The position numbers and the translations under genes are program-made. Positions 11,160 through 23,720 of a DNA stretch of 64,000 nt are shown here, one piece after another. Source of the stretch: Isurus oxyrinchus (taxonomy: Eukaryota); assembly GCA_026770705.1 (NCBI GenBank), contig JANJGN010000071.1, positions 1,302,001 through 1,366,000 on the forward strand, in the 5' to 3' direction. A model generated the notes under the pieces. The model saw only the letters and a list, made by a program, of their open reading frames with translations. It had not been told where the DNA came from and searched no databases. How positions within the stretch are numbered: position 1 is the stretch's first letter; each line of letters opens with the position of its first letter.

Positions 11160-13220
11160 GGATTTAACCTTCTGATACACCCAGATCTTGTGCTGGTTAC
11201 CTTGTCTGGAGGTGTCTTTAATTGCTCACAGTGATCTGTGGGATTGTCACCCTTGAATGTTGTTCCTGATTTCATGTGGGATCTTCTCCTCGATGGAATA
11301 GGAGCGGGAATGGATCTGATTTATCCTCGGTTCCACCTCACCGCTGTGCCCTTGTGTGTTTGACTCCATAGGCCCTTGGTTCTGAACAAATCCTTGTCAC
11401 CTCGGCTGGTGATCATGAACCTTCTGTGGGATCCTGGATGTGAACTTGTCCCAACTGTAAACTTGGCAACTCTGCACCTCCATTTTTATCATGAACATTC
11501 CTTATCTTCTCTTGTAGTTTTAAAAGTTGCGCTCTGGTTTCTGAGAGAGTAGAATGGGTAAGAGTAGCGAAATTGGTCACTACTGGCCCACCAAACATGA
11601 TCTCTGTCAGTGACGGAATAAGGTGAGGTGATGGTGTAGTGGTATTGTTGCTGGATGAGTAATTCAGAGACCCAGGGTAATGTCCTGAGAATATGGGTTC
11701 AAATCCTGTCATAATAGATGATGGAATTTGAATTTAATAAAAATATGAAATTCAAAGTTTAGTGATGACCACAAAACCATTGTTGGAAATCCCACCTGGT
11801 TCACCAGTGCCCTTTAGGGAACAAAATTGTCTGGCCGACATGTGACTCCAGACTCCACGTCAATGTGGTTAACTCTTACATTAGGGATGGGTAATAAATC
11901 CTGGCCTGGCCAGTGACTCCCACATCCCATGAATGAATTTAACAAAGTTGCAGTTGTAGGTGTCGATCTCAGATGTAACATTGCAATGTGTGGATCTTGC
12001 TTGGTCTGTCTACATTTGAGAATTAGGGATTTCACTGTGTGAATCATTCATTCAGCTAGGCTGTTAGATCTGGGGTAATGAGGAGAAGAAGTAGTGTGAT
12101 TGATATTCCAGATTATCTGTAATCATGTCCCTAGTTTCACCACATAAACTGAAAATAGTGCTTAGAGTGTGTGCACCAGTTGTGCTTGGTGTGTTGTGCT
12201 ATTTTTGAATAACGGGATATCTGGTAAAGCTGTCGACGATGACGATGATGTCAGTGACATGGACATGAAAGGATTCAGATGTGATTTTGGACTAAGAATG
12301 GGCAGGAATTTCCTGTGGAATCAGTGGTTCTTTGTGTTGACTTGGCTCATCCTCTTGACAAGCCTCGTACTTCCCTACAACAACTTCAAGGTCATTGTTC
12401 ATACCCGGCCAGTGACTGTATCTCTTGTGAGTCTCCTTGTCTGATCTGTGCCCATGTGTGAGGGATGAAGTTGTTGAAGAATATAGGATCACAGATGCGA
12501 TGCCTGCCATTAAAAATGACTCCCTGGGAGATGCCTCGCTTATCCCGATGAGGTCAAGTTGAATCAGGCCACCCTTTCAATGATATTTCCACAGTTCCTG
12601 TAGAATTTTTCACTGTTCCCTCTTGTAGCTGCTGTCATTTCTGTTGTGCTAAATATACTGGATCAATTGACAGACTTGCATTCTCCTGCAGCTGTAATGT
12701 TGCAGCTCCCTTGAAACTGCCAATACTGTTGAAACTTTCTGCATATTTCAATGTTATGGCATGAACTGAGGTGATGGGGTAGTTTCTGAGGTTGACCCAT
12801 GTGAGATCTGACAGATTCCTGGATTGTCACTAGTATGAGGTCACCACATGCCGGTAGACTTGTAATTGCTCAGCCTTTAGCCTCCACAATGTAGAACATC
12901 TGTGACACCCAGGAGGATTGATTGTACTTGCACCCCAGGACTATGGATTCTGCACATGGAGTTGGTGAAGTGTTGTACACAGCAGTAGGTTTCCCATTGC
13001 CTTCCATGTCCTTGGATACATGTCTTTGAAAATTTGCTGGTTTGGGCTGGGGGAGGGGAATGTTGGCACTTGCCCCTGTGTCAATCTTGGCCAATAAAGG
13101 GGAGGTAGCAACTTTCTCAGGGCAGATAATTGGAATCTTGGCCAATAGTGCGGGTGATGTGACAGCATCTGTTCACCGTGAGATTGATGGTGTAAAAGGT
13201 GTGAAATTGTTCTACAATTG
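11160..13220 (-). mobile_element. Decayed Ty3/Gypsy-type LTR retrotransposon (protease and integrase remnants)
   Basis: AKIDTGASAN (aspartic protease DTG motif); HRSDKETHKRYSHWPGMNNDLEVVVGKYEACQ (integrase Zn-binding region); HTVKSLILKC...DPHIAMLHLRSTP (integrase core end). Many stops. Confidence 0.8.
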
Positions 13221-13429
13221 CAAAATACGTTGAGCACAAGTGCTGCACAAACTCTAGGCCGGGGTTTTGCGGCCCAGTCATGGTGGGACCTGCCGTGGGA
13301 GAATGGGACAGACATAAATCCATTGGCTTTCGGCCAGACCGGACAATCCTGGCAGTGGGTGGGGCCAGAAAATCCCACCCCTATTGGACATTTTCAGTTT
13401 ATTTGATGTGACCAGAGAGATCATTAAGG

Positions 13430-14130
13430 ACAACAATCCCTGCCTCTGTAACCTGCCCCAGTCACTACAACCCTCCCGACCTCTGCAAACTCCTCCAGAT
13501 TCTACACTCTCCCAATCTCTCTTAACTTTTCCAGCCCCTACAACCCCCCCTATTTCTGTAACTTCCTCCTGCCCCTAAAAGCTTCCCTATCACTGTAGCC
13601 TGCTCCAGTCCCGACAACTTTCCCTACCCCTGTAACCTGCCCCAGTCACTACAACCCTCCCTACCTCTGCAAACTCCTCCAGACCCTACACTCTCCCAAT
13701 CTCTCTTAACTTTTCCAGCCCCTACAACCCTCCCTATCTCTGTAACCTCCTCCAGCCCCTCCAACCCTCTGAGGTCTCTGTGCTCATCCAATTCCAGCCT
13801 CTTGACCATCCCCCGATCCCATCACTACAACATCGGCGGCCGTGCCTTCAGCTGCCTGGGACCCGAGCTCTGTAATACCCTCCCTCAACCCCTCTCCATG
13901 CCTCTCTCTCACTCTCTCTGTCTCTCTCTCTCTCTATCTCTATCTCTCTCTCTCTCACTATCCATTTCATCCCTCTTTGAAGATTCTCCATAACACCGAC
14001 CTCTTCTGGCCAGCTGTCGCTAATATCTCCACACGTGTCTGGGTGACATACTTTGTTTTATGACGCTCCTGTGTAGCACTTTGGGGTGATTTGTCATGTT
14101 AAATTTGTTGTGTAAATATAACTTGTTGCA
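13430..14130 (+). repeat. 37-bp-type repeat array followed by an L2-like LINE 3' end
   Basis: Units like cctacaaccctccctatctctgtaacctcctccagc; GGRAFSCLGP motif. Confidence 0.65.
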
Positions 14131-14679
14131 CTTTGACCCTCGACCCCAGCTCGAGTCTTATTTTAGAGGGAATGTACAACCTCCTTAGATTTCTGACCAA
14201 AATGTCATTTGATTATTTTTATTGAGCGAATGCCAAGCCCCGATACCGAGCGAGATCCTCCTCATTTGCTGAGTTTAGGGTGATGAGTCAGCCCCTTAGT
14301 CCGTAGAGGGGATTCTCCTCGGTAATGTGCAGCCTTGTTTGTGTCTCTCCACAAGCGCATGAGGGGTTTGTACAGAGGCTGCAGCGCTGGAGGGGGTCTG
14401 CACAGGGGTCCTGGCCTGTCCTGAGCCGGTTTTAGCAAGGACCACTCTGGCCTTGGCAGCTGAAAGCCAGCCATTGGACAGACGGGGCCTATCACAAGGA
14501 GCCTGTTAGTCACTCCCCCCCGTGTCTCCTCTGCTCGGATCCAGACCATGTTGGCTGGTGGATCTGGCTCAGGAAGGGTCCTCCCCATGGGACCCCCAGA
14601 TGGAAGGTGGGTCGAGCGGGTCAGTCACTTGCATGTTTATTCTGCAGCTTTAATATTTTAAGAAGGTAAGAATGTAGGA

Positions 14680-15400
14680 ACATAAGAAATAGGGACAGGA
14701 GCAGGCCATTCGGCCCCTCCAGCCTGCCCTCGCTGATCTGGTTGTGGCCTTAACTCCATTTTCCTGCCTGTCCCCCAAACCCTTGACTCCCTTGTCGATC
14801 AAAAACCTGCCTCACTCAGCCTTGAGTCTATTCAATGGCCCAGCCTCCACTGCTCTCTGGGGAAGGGAATTCCACAGGCTAGCGCCCCTCTGAGAGAGGA
14901 AATTCCTCCTCATCTCAGTCTTAAATGGGAGAGTCCTCATTCCGAAACTGTGCTCCCTGGTTCTAGATTCCCCCACGAGGGGGAAACATCCTCCCAGCAT
15001 CCACCCTGTCAAGCCCCCTCGGAATCGGATATGTTTCAATAAGGTCACCCCTCATTCTTCTAAACTCCAATGGATACAGGCCCAACCTGCTCAACATTTC
15101 CTCACAGGACAAACCCTTTAATCCCAGGAATCAGCCCAGTGAAGTTTCTCTGAACTGCCTGTACACAATGATCCTGTTACAATCTCACTAACGCCCTGTG
15201 CAGCTGTTGCAAGACTTCCCTCCTTTTATACTCCATCCATTTGCAATAAAGGCCAACAATCCACTTGCCTTCCTCATTCTGTGGTGTTCCTGAATGCTGA
15301 CTTTCTGTGATTCATGTACAAGGACACCCAGATCCCTCTGTACTGCATTCTGCAGCCTGTCTCCATTTAAATAATATTCTGTTTTTCTATTCTTCCTGCC
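14680..15400 (-). mobile_element. CR1 LINE 3' fragment with SINE-like tail
   Basis: QRDLGVLVHESQKV and FKTEMRRNFLSQR...LWNSLPQRAVEA motifs. Confidence 0.82.
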
Positions 15401-15523
15401 AAAATAATTTGTTGCCATTCTCCTCAGTATTGACCATCCCCCCAATTCAGCCTCATCTGTAAATATCGGGTTCAGTGGATCCACAAACCATCCAGAGTTA
15501 AATATTGATATTTCTCTCCCCAG

Positions 15524-15892
15524 TTGGACTGTCACAAGAGTGGAAAGGTGACACTCCACGAGAGGTGACAGCACAGGAAGGTTCGTGTGTACAGATTCCA
15601 TGTCATTTCAGTTATCCATCGTGTCTGGAAAACCAACCGCGAGGTGGAGTCTGGTTTAATAATGAGGAACATATTCCCTGGGCTCCCATTGACTTTCACT
15701 CCAAGGATCACAGTCACGAGTTACCACGGTTCTGCCATCGGACCCGGCTGTCTGGAGACCTGAAAGATGGCGACTGTTCCTTGATCATAGACAACATCAG
15801 ATGAGAAGATGCGGGACCTTATTTTTTCAGAATAGAATTTGACAATGGTCCAAGCCATAACTATTACCCTGTAACCCAGCTTCACGTTTCTG
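15524..15892 (+). pseudogene. Siglec V-set exon with premature stop (gene B)
   Basis: ctctccccAG acceptor and GTAAGT donor; 369 nt, phase 1-1. EGSCVQIPCHF, GDLKDGDCSL and DAGPYFFRIE show the Siglec Cys pattern and the sialic-acid-binding Arg. TGA at 15802-15804 where the paralogue has CGG. Confidence 0.9.
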
Positions 15893-16618
15893 GTAAGTGC
15901 TGTGTTATAATTACTCAACAATTCACATTCAACACTCAATGGGAAATAACACAAACTGTGACGTTTACATATTAACACAAACACAGTTTATTATAACACA
16001 CTGTCTGATTCTCAATAACCTGGTGATAGCTCCCAGTTCAGTCCTAAAGCAACCTCTAATACTCACTTTAATATCAATGATAAATGTATTGACTGTGTCC
16101 ATCAATGTTATCAAGTTATCCACTCCCATCGATCTCTCTAATCCTGTCTCGAAGTCTGACATATCGACAAAAGAAAGATTCACATTTCTATGGAGCCTTT
16201 CACCACCTCAATATGTACCAAGTCACTTCACAGCCAATGAGCTGATTCCTGAATTGTATTTACTGTTGTAATGTGAGAAACACAGCAGCCAATTTGCGCA
16301 CAGCTAGCTCCCACAAATTGCAAAGTACTAAATGGCCCAGATCATTGAGTGAATGATGGGGTAGTGCACTCCAAACTCTGGTCTGCTCCTCCACCCTCAC
16401 CCACTATTATCAGTTCAAGTGTCTCGGAGTGAACGTGTGTTAAACTGAGAGACAGAAACACCAAAGTCTCAAAGCAGGAAATTCTCTCCTGATCATTGTA
16501 ATCTCTCAGTTCTGATATCATCCTTGTAAAAGAGCTTTTTCTTGTGGGACTGTCATTTCTATTTGAACTGATGCTTCACGTTATATTTCTCTAAAAGGAT
16601 CCATTCTCTGTCTGTTAG

Positions 16619-16915
16619 ATTTCACAGATAAACCCATGATATTCCCTGCTGAAATTATTGCAGGAAAGCGTGTGGATGTAATCTGCACCTTCAACACAAC
16701 GTGCAATGGAACAGCAGCACCTGTCTTAACCTGGGACACTCCCACTGACGTACCTGGATCAGTCTCAAACACTGTAACTCAGCATGGTGTCACTCTGACC
16801 TATACTTCTGTTCTGACCCTGATCCCATCACTCAAACACCACGGACACACACTCAGCTGCAGAGTGAGATATCCATCTGTTTCATCGGAGCGGACTCTCG
16901 TACTAACTGTACAAG
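16619..16915 (+). CDS. Siglec domain-2 C2-set exon (gene B)
   Basis: 297 nt, phase 1-1; DFTDKPMIFPAEIIAGKRVDVICTFNTTCNGTAAPVLTW...LSCRVRYPSVSSERTLVLTVQ. The extra Cys (CTFNTTC) is typical of the Siglec D1-D2 disulfide. Confidence 0.9.
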
Positions 16916-17243
16916 GTAAGTTGAGAAATCCTTCTACATCAGCACTCCCTCAGCGCTGACCCTCTGACAGTGCAGCCCGTTCTCAGTATCCACATTCTCA
17001 TGCCTCTCAATTAGCTTCACAGTCGATAGAAGTTAACTGATCTTTATTTGATTGTTGCTGAATGAAGAGACAAGCTGTTTAAACTTTAAATCTCACACAC
17101 ATTATTTTCCATGGCAACACCTCTGAGACCACTTGCCAATCAATCAGCACTCTCTTCCCTTTAAATATAAATTGTTGTTCACTCTCTGTTGGTAAACATG
17201 CGATCTGTCTTGTTGAGTCCTGCCCTGATATCTGAATATCACA

Positions 17244-17379
17244 ATGAACAGAACAAGTTCCAACAATGAGCTGTGGTTGGTGATTCCTCACGTTAAATCC
17301 AGGGACACTGGAGACTATCAGTGTTTGGCAGAGAATGAACATGGAGCAGTGGAGGGATTCATAACCATCACTGTGGAAT
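17244..17379 (+). pseudogene. 5'-truncated C2 exon relic
   Basis: Only the second half (MNRTSSNNELW...ITITVE, GTGAG donor) of the 282-nt C2 exon remains; the acceptor and first Cys are replaced by unrelated sequence. Confidence 0.85.
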
Positions 17380-19063
17380 GTGAGTGCACACAGATTTCAT
17401 CATCTGTCTCAGATTGAAACATGACACAAACACACACAAATATACAGACCTAAATAGACACCTGCAGATACACAATCCCTTGTATATGAGCACACACAAA
17501 GACACCAACAAACACACTAGCACAATACTCCCCAGTGGGTTACCTGACCTCCCTCAGTGCTGCACTGGAGAGTTGACCTGGATTCTGAGATTTCTGTTCC
17601 CTTTCATGTTTATGGAAGAATATGGAAATTGCAAAGTCTATTACAGACACTCAGATGCATAGAGACACTCACAGATACTCTCTGTCTCTCCAACTCTCTA
17701 TCCTCCTTTAAGAAGCTTCCTGAAACCTAACCCTTTGACCAGTCAATTGTCCCAACTCTTCCTTACCTGAATCTGTGTGAAATTTTGTTTGAGTATCTGA
17801 GAGTAAGAGAGAGGTGGAGAGGTTTAGGAAGGGAATTCCTGTTGGTGAAAAGCTTACATCATGTTCTCACTTTTCCAGTGCCCGTATTTCACCTGATGTC
17901 CAATGTCCTTGTTTATAATAGGGATTGCCTATGTAAACGTCACGCTGTAGTTACACTGTACCACCAGTGGTGGCAAGGTAGCACTTAACCCTTGCATCTC
18001 TCAGCTTTTCAAGCAAATCCACTTCCCAGTTTGCTACACAAGCTGTGAGTTCATCGGAATTAAATTATTTCTCAAACGGTAGATTTGATGTCATTTTATT
18101 GAAAACTTCCTCAGCGCCTCCCTGAAGGGTTTACACTCTCCGGGAAGCAGGAATAGGCTGGATGTTGGGGAGTTCATCTTTTCCCAGAGAGTAGTGATCC
18201 TTGGGAATGTGCTGTCAGTGGGTGTGGTGGTTGCTGTTTCTCTGTCACCTTCAAGAGGGATCTGGAGTGGTTACTGACTGGGGGAGAGATCATGGAAGCG
18301 GAGAATGATACAGCACAGGAGGAGGCCATTCAGCCCATTGTGCCTGTGCCAGGTCTTTCAATGTGCTATCCAATCAGATCCACTAACCACCACTCCACTT
18401 TGCCCCCATCTTCCTCCTTCTAGTGTTTATCCAATTTCCCTTTTGAAAGTTCCTATTGAATCTGCTTCCACCGCCCTTTCAGGCAGAACCTTCCAGATCA
18501 CAACAACTCACTCTGTCAAAACAAATTCTCCTCATCTCCCCCTCCGGTTTGTCAATCTGTGTCCCTCTGGTTACCGACCCTCCTGCTCCTTAAATACATC
18601 GATACTGTTCACATCACCCACTCCCGGTGGGAGCGAGTTCCACATTCTCCCCTCTCTCTGGGTAAAGATTGGAACTGTTTATTAAGCGGGGGGTGTAAGT
18701 CCGTGGGGGAGTCCATCTCGATCCTGCCTGATTCGCACACATGTCCGAGATGGATTTCCACCCGGCACTAAACGTTTCCAGAATTTTCTACAGCACAATC
18801 CTGTACACAGCGATGGAGAGAAACATTGGACAGGGAGTCCAACAGCACAATGATCCATTCTCACCAATGTTCCACGCTAAGGGGAAAGTTCCGATTGTCC
18901 ACTCTTAGAGTGTTTACAATGAAAACATTCATTCCACATTGAATCCCAGTGGATGGGTCAATATTACAGCAAATGTTGCAGTGATATGAAGCTTGATTGT
19001 TCAGCCAGAGTGAGAGATTGAAAGCGGAGAGTCAGTGATGATTTCTTTCTGTGTGTTCTCTAG

Positions 19064-19203
19064 ACAGTGGAGGAGAGATTCTGCACGTGATCCTGATCCT
19101 GGGAATACGAGCTGTGATATTCCTTGTGGCTGTGGTTATCACTATCGCTGGAGTCTGTGTCTGGGAGAGACAAACAGTGAAAGGAAGTCGACAGACTGTT
19201 TGA
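19064..19203 (+). CDS. Terminal TM exon with intramembrane Arg and short tail (activating type, gene B)
   Basis: gttctctAG acceptor, phase 1; (D)SGGEILHVILILGIRAVIFLVAVVITIAGVCVWERQTVKGSRQTV*. Arg codon 19108-19110, TGA 19201-19203. Confidence 0.85.
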
Positions 19204-19309
19204 AGCTTTGTACAGCAACAATCTGGTCAGTCAGTGTGGACAAATAACGTGTGATGTTGGGTTAAGTTGTAAAGAAACTGGTCAGTGTCCTGGTTAGAAT
19301 CACCTTCGT

Positions 19310-19930
19310 ATCAGAGAGGCATTCCAGCACAGTAGGAGTCCATTCAGCCCATTGAGTCCATGCTGTCTCTGTGTAGAGCAATCCACTCAGTCCCATTTCC
19401 CCCTCTCTATCCCCGTATCTCTGCAAGTTTATTTCCCCTCAAGTGTCCAACCAATTTCTGTTTGATATCGTTCATCGTCTCCACTTCCACCATCCTCGTA
19501 GGCAGCGAGTTCCAGCTCATTACCACTCGCTGTGTAAAAAAGTTCCTCCTCACATCCCCCCTCTGCCCAAAACCTTCAATCTGTGTCCCCCAGTCCTTGT
19601 ACCATCAGCTAATGGCAACAGCTTCTCTTTGTCTACCTTATCTAAACCCATCATCATCTTGTACACCTCGATCAGATCCCGCCTCAATCTCCTTTGCTCC
19701 AAGGAGAACAACCCCAGCTTCTCCAACCCAACCTTGTAGCTAAAATCCCTCATCCCTGGACCCATTCTGCTCAATCTCCTCCCCACCCTCTCAAGGACCC
19801 TCACTTCCTTCCCAAAGTGAGGAGACCAGAACTGGACACAATACTCTAGTTGTGACCTAACCAGAGCTTTATAAATGTTCAGCATAACCTCCCTGTGTTT
19901 GTACTCAATCCCTCGATTTATGAAAAGCTT
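19310..19930 (-). mobile_element. CR1 LINE 3' fragment
   Basis: ORF 19550-20017: YKALVRSQLEYCVQFWSPH...LGLFSLEQRRLRRDLIEVYKMM. Confidence 0.9.
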
Positions 19931-20281
19931 ATTCTTTCCATCAGCACAAACAGCAATTTCCAAGCGGACTCCCATCAGCAGACAGAGTGCAATGAAACAT
20001 CGGCATGCCTGCTTCATAATGTACGGAGAGAATCCTGGAACGAGAGATTCTCCTTCTTCTCCTCAGCAAGCTGAAACTTTTCCTTATACCTGGTGCTCCC
20101 CAGTCCTGCTGTGTGGACACATCATAACCACGGCATTGTCTGGCTGTGTGCAGCCAACATGGTCGAATAGGAATGAACAGAAATGTGACGTTGCTAAACT
20201 CTGTTCTCTGATTGGAATGTGCTTTCTGAATGCTGCACCTTTTTCATGCTGCGATAGATTGTAAGAAGCATTTGGGTTATG

Positions 20282-20287
20282 AATAAA
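20282..20287 (+). terminator. Candidate polyadenylation signal for gene B
   Basis: AATAAA at the end of a 3'UTR block homologous to the 3'UTR of the ITIM gene (43700-43883); mirrored at 60613-60618. Confidence 0.5.
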
Positions 20288-21239
20288 ATTACATTGATTA
20301 ACACAAGTGATTAAAATGCTCAGCCTGTTCTGTAGCTATTTATAGATTAAAATTCTTATTTTGCTGCCAAATTCTTGGCTCAAAGACATTACTTCATGTT
20401 GTCACGTTTTCCAATCAGATGAATTCCTGTGCCCATCTTTATAATAGAAATTTCCAAAGTAAACATGTCACATTGCAGCTGCACACACTCCTGCCAGTGG
20501 GTGGTGCGATATGAAGGCTGCCTTGCTGCTCAGAAACAGCGAGAAATATTCCTGTTTTTGCATGAACTTCATGTGTGCATGAAACACAGGCATCAGAAGC
20601 AATTTTGTACAATTTGTACAATGTTCTTTAGACAGCGCAGCACTCCCTCTGTTCAAACCCTCCAACAGTGCAGCACTCCCTCAGTTCAAACCCTCCGACA
20701 TTGCAGCTCTACCTCAGTTCAAACCCTCCGACAGTGCAGCACTCCCTCAGTTCAAACCCTCCGACAGTGCAGCACTCCCTCAGTTCAGACGCTCTGACAG
20801 TGCAGCACTCCCTCAGTACTGATCCTCCGACAGTGCTGCACTACCTCACTAATTAGCGACTGGAAGGTTTATGTTCATTTATCTTTATTTTCCATTCCTA
20901 TTGAGCTATGGAGCTCCTGATTTGTCACCTTTCTGTACCTCGTCCAATGCTTCTGTTATCAGGACTTCCACATCGATGTGAAAGAGCCATGATGATAGCA
21001 GACAGTCGCACAATGGGAATGGCACTAGGCCAGTGATCCAGAGGCCCAGGTGAATGCTTTGGAGGTAAGGGTTCAAATCCCACCACGGCAGCTGGAGGAA
21101 TTTAGATTCGATTAATCAATAAATTTAATTGATTGATACATTTTTTTCTTATTCATTTCAGGGATGTTGGTGTCGCTGACTAGGCCAGTATTTGTTGCCC
21201 ATCCCCAATTGCCTTTGAGAACATATGGATATCTGAGTT

Positions 21240-22170
21240 AGGATCAGGAGTAGGTCACTCAGCCCCTCGAACCTGCTCCGCCATTCAGTAAGATCATGGC
21301 TGATCTGATTGTCACCTCAACCTCACATTCCTGTCTACCCCCAATGACCTTTCACCCCCTTGTTAATCAAGAATCTATCTAGCTCTGCCTTAAAAATATT
21401 CAAAGACCCTGTTTCCACTGCCTTTTGAGGCAGAGTGTTCCAAAGACTTACTACCCTCTGAGAGAAAAGATTTCGCCTCATCTCTATCTTAAATGAGCGA
21501 CCCCTTATTTTTAAAAAATGACCCCCTAGTTCTAGATTCTCACACAAGAGGGAACATCCTCTCCATATCCACCCTGTCAAGACTCCCCTGGATCTTAAAG
21601 GTTTTAATTAAGTCGCCTCTTACTCTTCTAAACTCCAGTGGATACAAGCCTAACCTGTCCAACCTGACCTCATAAGACAAACCACCCATTCCTGGTATTA
21701 GTCTAGTAAACCTTCTCTGAACTGCTTCTAATGCATTTACATCTTTCTTTAAGTAAGGTGACCTTACTGTACAGAGTACTCCAGATGTGGTCTCACCAGT
21801 GCCCTGTACAACTGAACATAACCTCCCTACTTTTCTATTCAATTCCCCACACAGTAAATTATAACATCCCATTAGCTTTCCTCATGACCTGCTGTATCTG
21901 CAAACCAGCCTTTTGTGATTCATGCACGAGGACACCCAGATCCCTCTGCATCTCAGAGCTCTACCATCTCTCACCTTTTAGATAATAATCTTCCTTCTTG
22001 TTCTTTCTGACAAAATGAACACTTTCACATGCGCCCACATTATTCTCCATTTGTCAGATCTTTGCCCACTCACTTAACCTATCGATGTCACTTTCTAACC
22101 ACCTTACATCCTCTTCACAATTTACTTTCCAACCTATCTTTGTGTCAGCAGCTCATTTCGCCGCCATTCC
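21240..22170 (-). mobile_element. CR1 LINE 3' fragment
   Basis: ALEAVQRRFTRLIPGMGGLSYEVRLDRLGLYPLEFRRVRGDLIKTFKI; mostly absent from the inverted copy. Confidence 0.88.
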
Positions 22171-22649
22171 TGGGCAGTCCAGGTGCTTCTCCACCGAGGT
22201 TCAAATGAGCACAGTTTATATATTTTTACTCTCAGTTACAAGGTAATGGTATTAGTTAGACAAAGGCCACAGCACAATGACCCTCCGGTGGGCTGATAAT
22301 TGTGTGCTTGTACAGTAATTACAGGGCAGAAACTGGCTATTGTCCTTTTGAGACAGCAAAGAATCTATGTTTGTTCAATACAAAAGGTTTCCGGAGGCTG
22401 ACTGGATGTGGTTCAAGGCCATCGGACGGTGTGAAATAACCTTCCCCATTTCTTGATTGAGTCACCCTGTGTCCTTGTGTGTGTGTCTCCCATTTCCTCA
22501 TTGCAAATTTACAGCTGAACCCTTTGTACAGGTTTTTAGCTTTCACGTAAGGATGTGATTGTCTGTGTACGCTTTGTCACCCTAGCTGCTGGTCCTGGCT
22601 GGCTCTTTAAAATAAATCCAAATTTTCTGCACCTTCAATGAGATTCTCT

Positions 22650-23720
22650 CTTGTTGAAGCTGGTCATTGCCTGGCACTTGTGTGGCATGAATGTTACTTA
22701 TCACCTGTCAGCCCAAGCCTGGATGTTGTCCAGGTCTTGCTGCATTTGGACATAACTTGCTTCAGTATCTGAGGAGCCGTGAATGGTGCTGAACATTGTG
22801 CAAACATCAGCAAACATCCCCACTTCTGACCTTATGATGGAAGGAAGGACATTGATGAAGCAGCTGAAGATGGTTGAGCCTAGGACACTACCCTGAGTAA
22901 CTCCTGCAGTGATGTCCTGGAACTGAGATGATTGACCCCCAATAATCACAACCATTTTCCTTTGTGCTGGGTCTGACTCCAAGCAGCAGAGAGTTTTCCC
23001 CCGATTCCCATTGACTCCAGTTTTGCTCGGGCTCCTTGATTTGCCACACTCAGTCAAATGCTGCCTTGATGTCAAGGACAGTCACTCTCACCTCACCTCT
23101 GGAGTTCAGCTCATTTGTGCATGTTTGAACCAAGGCTGTAATGAGGCCAGGAGCTGAATGATCCTGGTGGAACACAAACTGAGCGTCAGTGAGCAGGTTC
23201 TTGGTAAGCAGGTGCTGCTTGCAAGCGCTGTTGATGACCCCTTCCATCACTTTAGTAATGATCAAGAATAGACTGCTGGGGAATTGGCTGGGTTGGATTT
23301 GTCCTGCTTTTTGTGTACAGGACGTAACCCATAGACAGGTAGTTGCCAGTGTTGCAGCTGTACTAGAAAATTCCAGAAAGCTTGGCTAGGGGCGCAGCAA
23401 GTTCTGGAGCACAAGTCTTCAGTACTATTGCCGGAATAATGTCAGGGCCTGGAGCATTTGCAATATCCAGTGCCTTCAGCCCTTCCTTGATATCACATGG
23501 AATTAATCGAATTGGCTAAAGATTGGCATCTGTGATGCTGGGGACCTCCGGAGGAGGCCGAGATGGATCACCCACTCAGCACTTCTGGCTGAAGGTTGTT
23601 GCGCATGCTTCAGTCTTGTCTTTTGCACTGGCGGGCTGGGCTCCTCCATCATTGAGGATGGGGATATTTGTGGAGACTCCTCCTCCAGTGAGTTGTTTAA
23701 TTGTCCACGACTGGATGTGA
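22650..23720 (-). mobile_element. CR1-type LINE reverse-transcriptase fragment
   Basis: GVTQGSVLG...FINVLP...MFADV (RT core) and LDIKAAFD; frameshifted. Confidence 0.88.

Noticed and set aside
15524-16915. Rearranging Ig/TCR/IgNAR V segment
   Set aside because: The V exon ends in a splice donor with its own G strand; no heptamer-nonamer RSS; the Cys pattern and YFFR motif are Siglec-type.
15524-19203. Assigning the gene symbol MAG, CD22, CD33 or SIGLEC15
   Set aside because: Family membership is clear, but orthology cannot be determined without a phylogeny.
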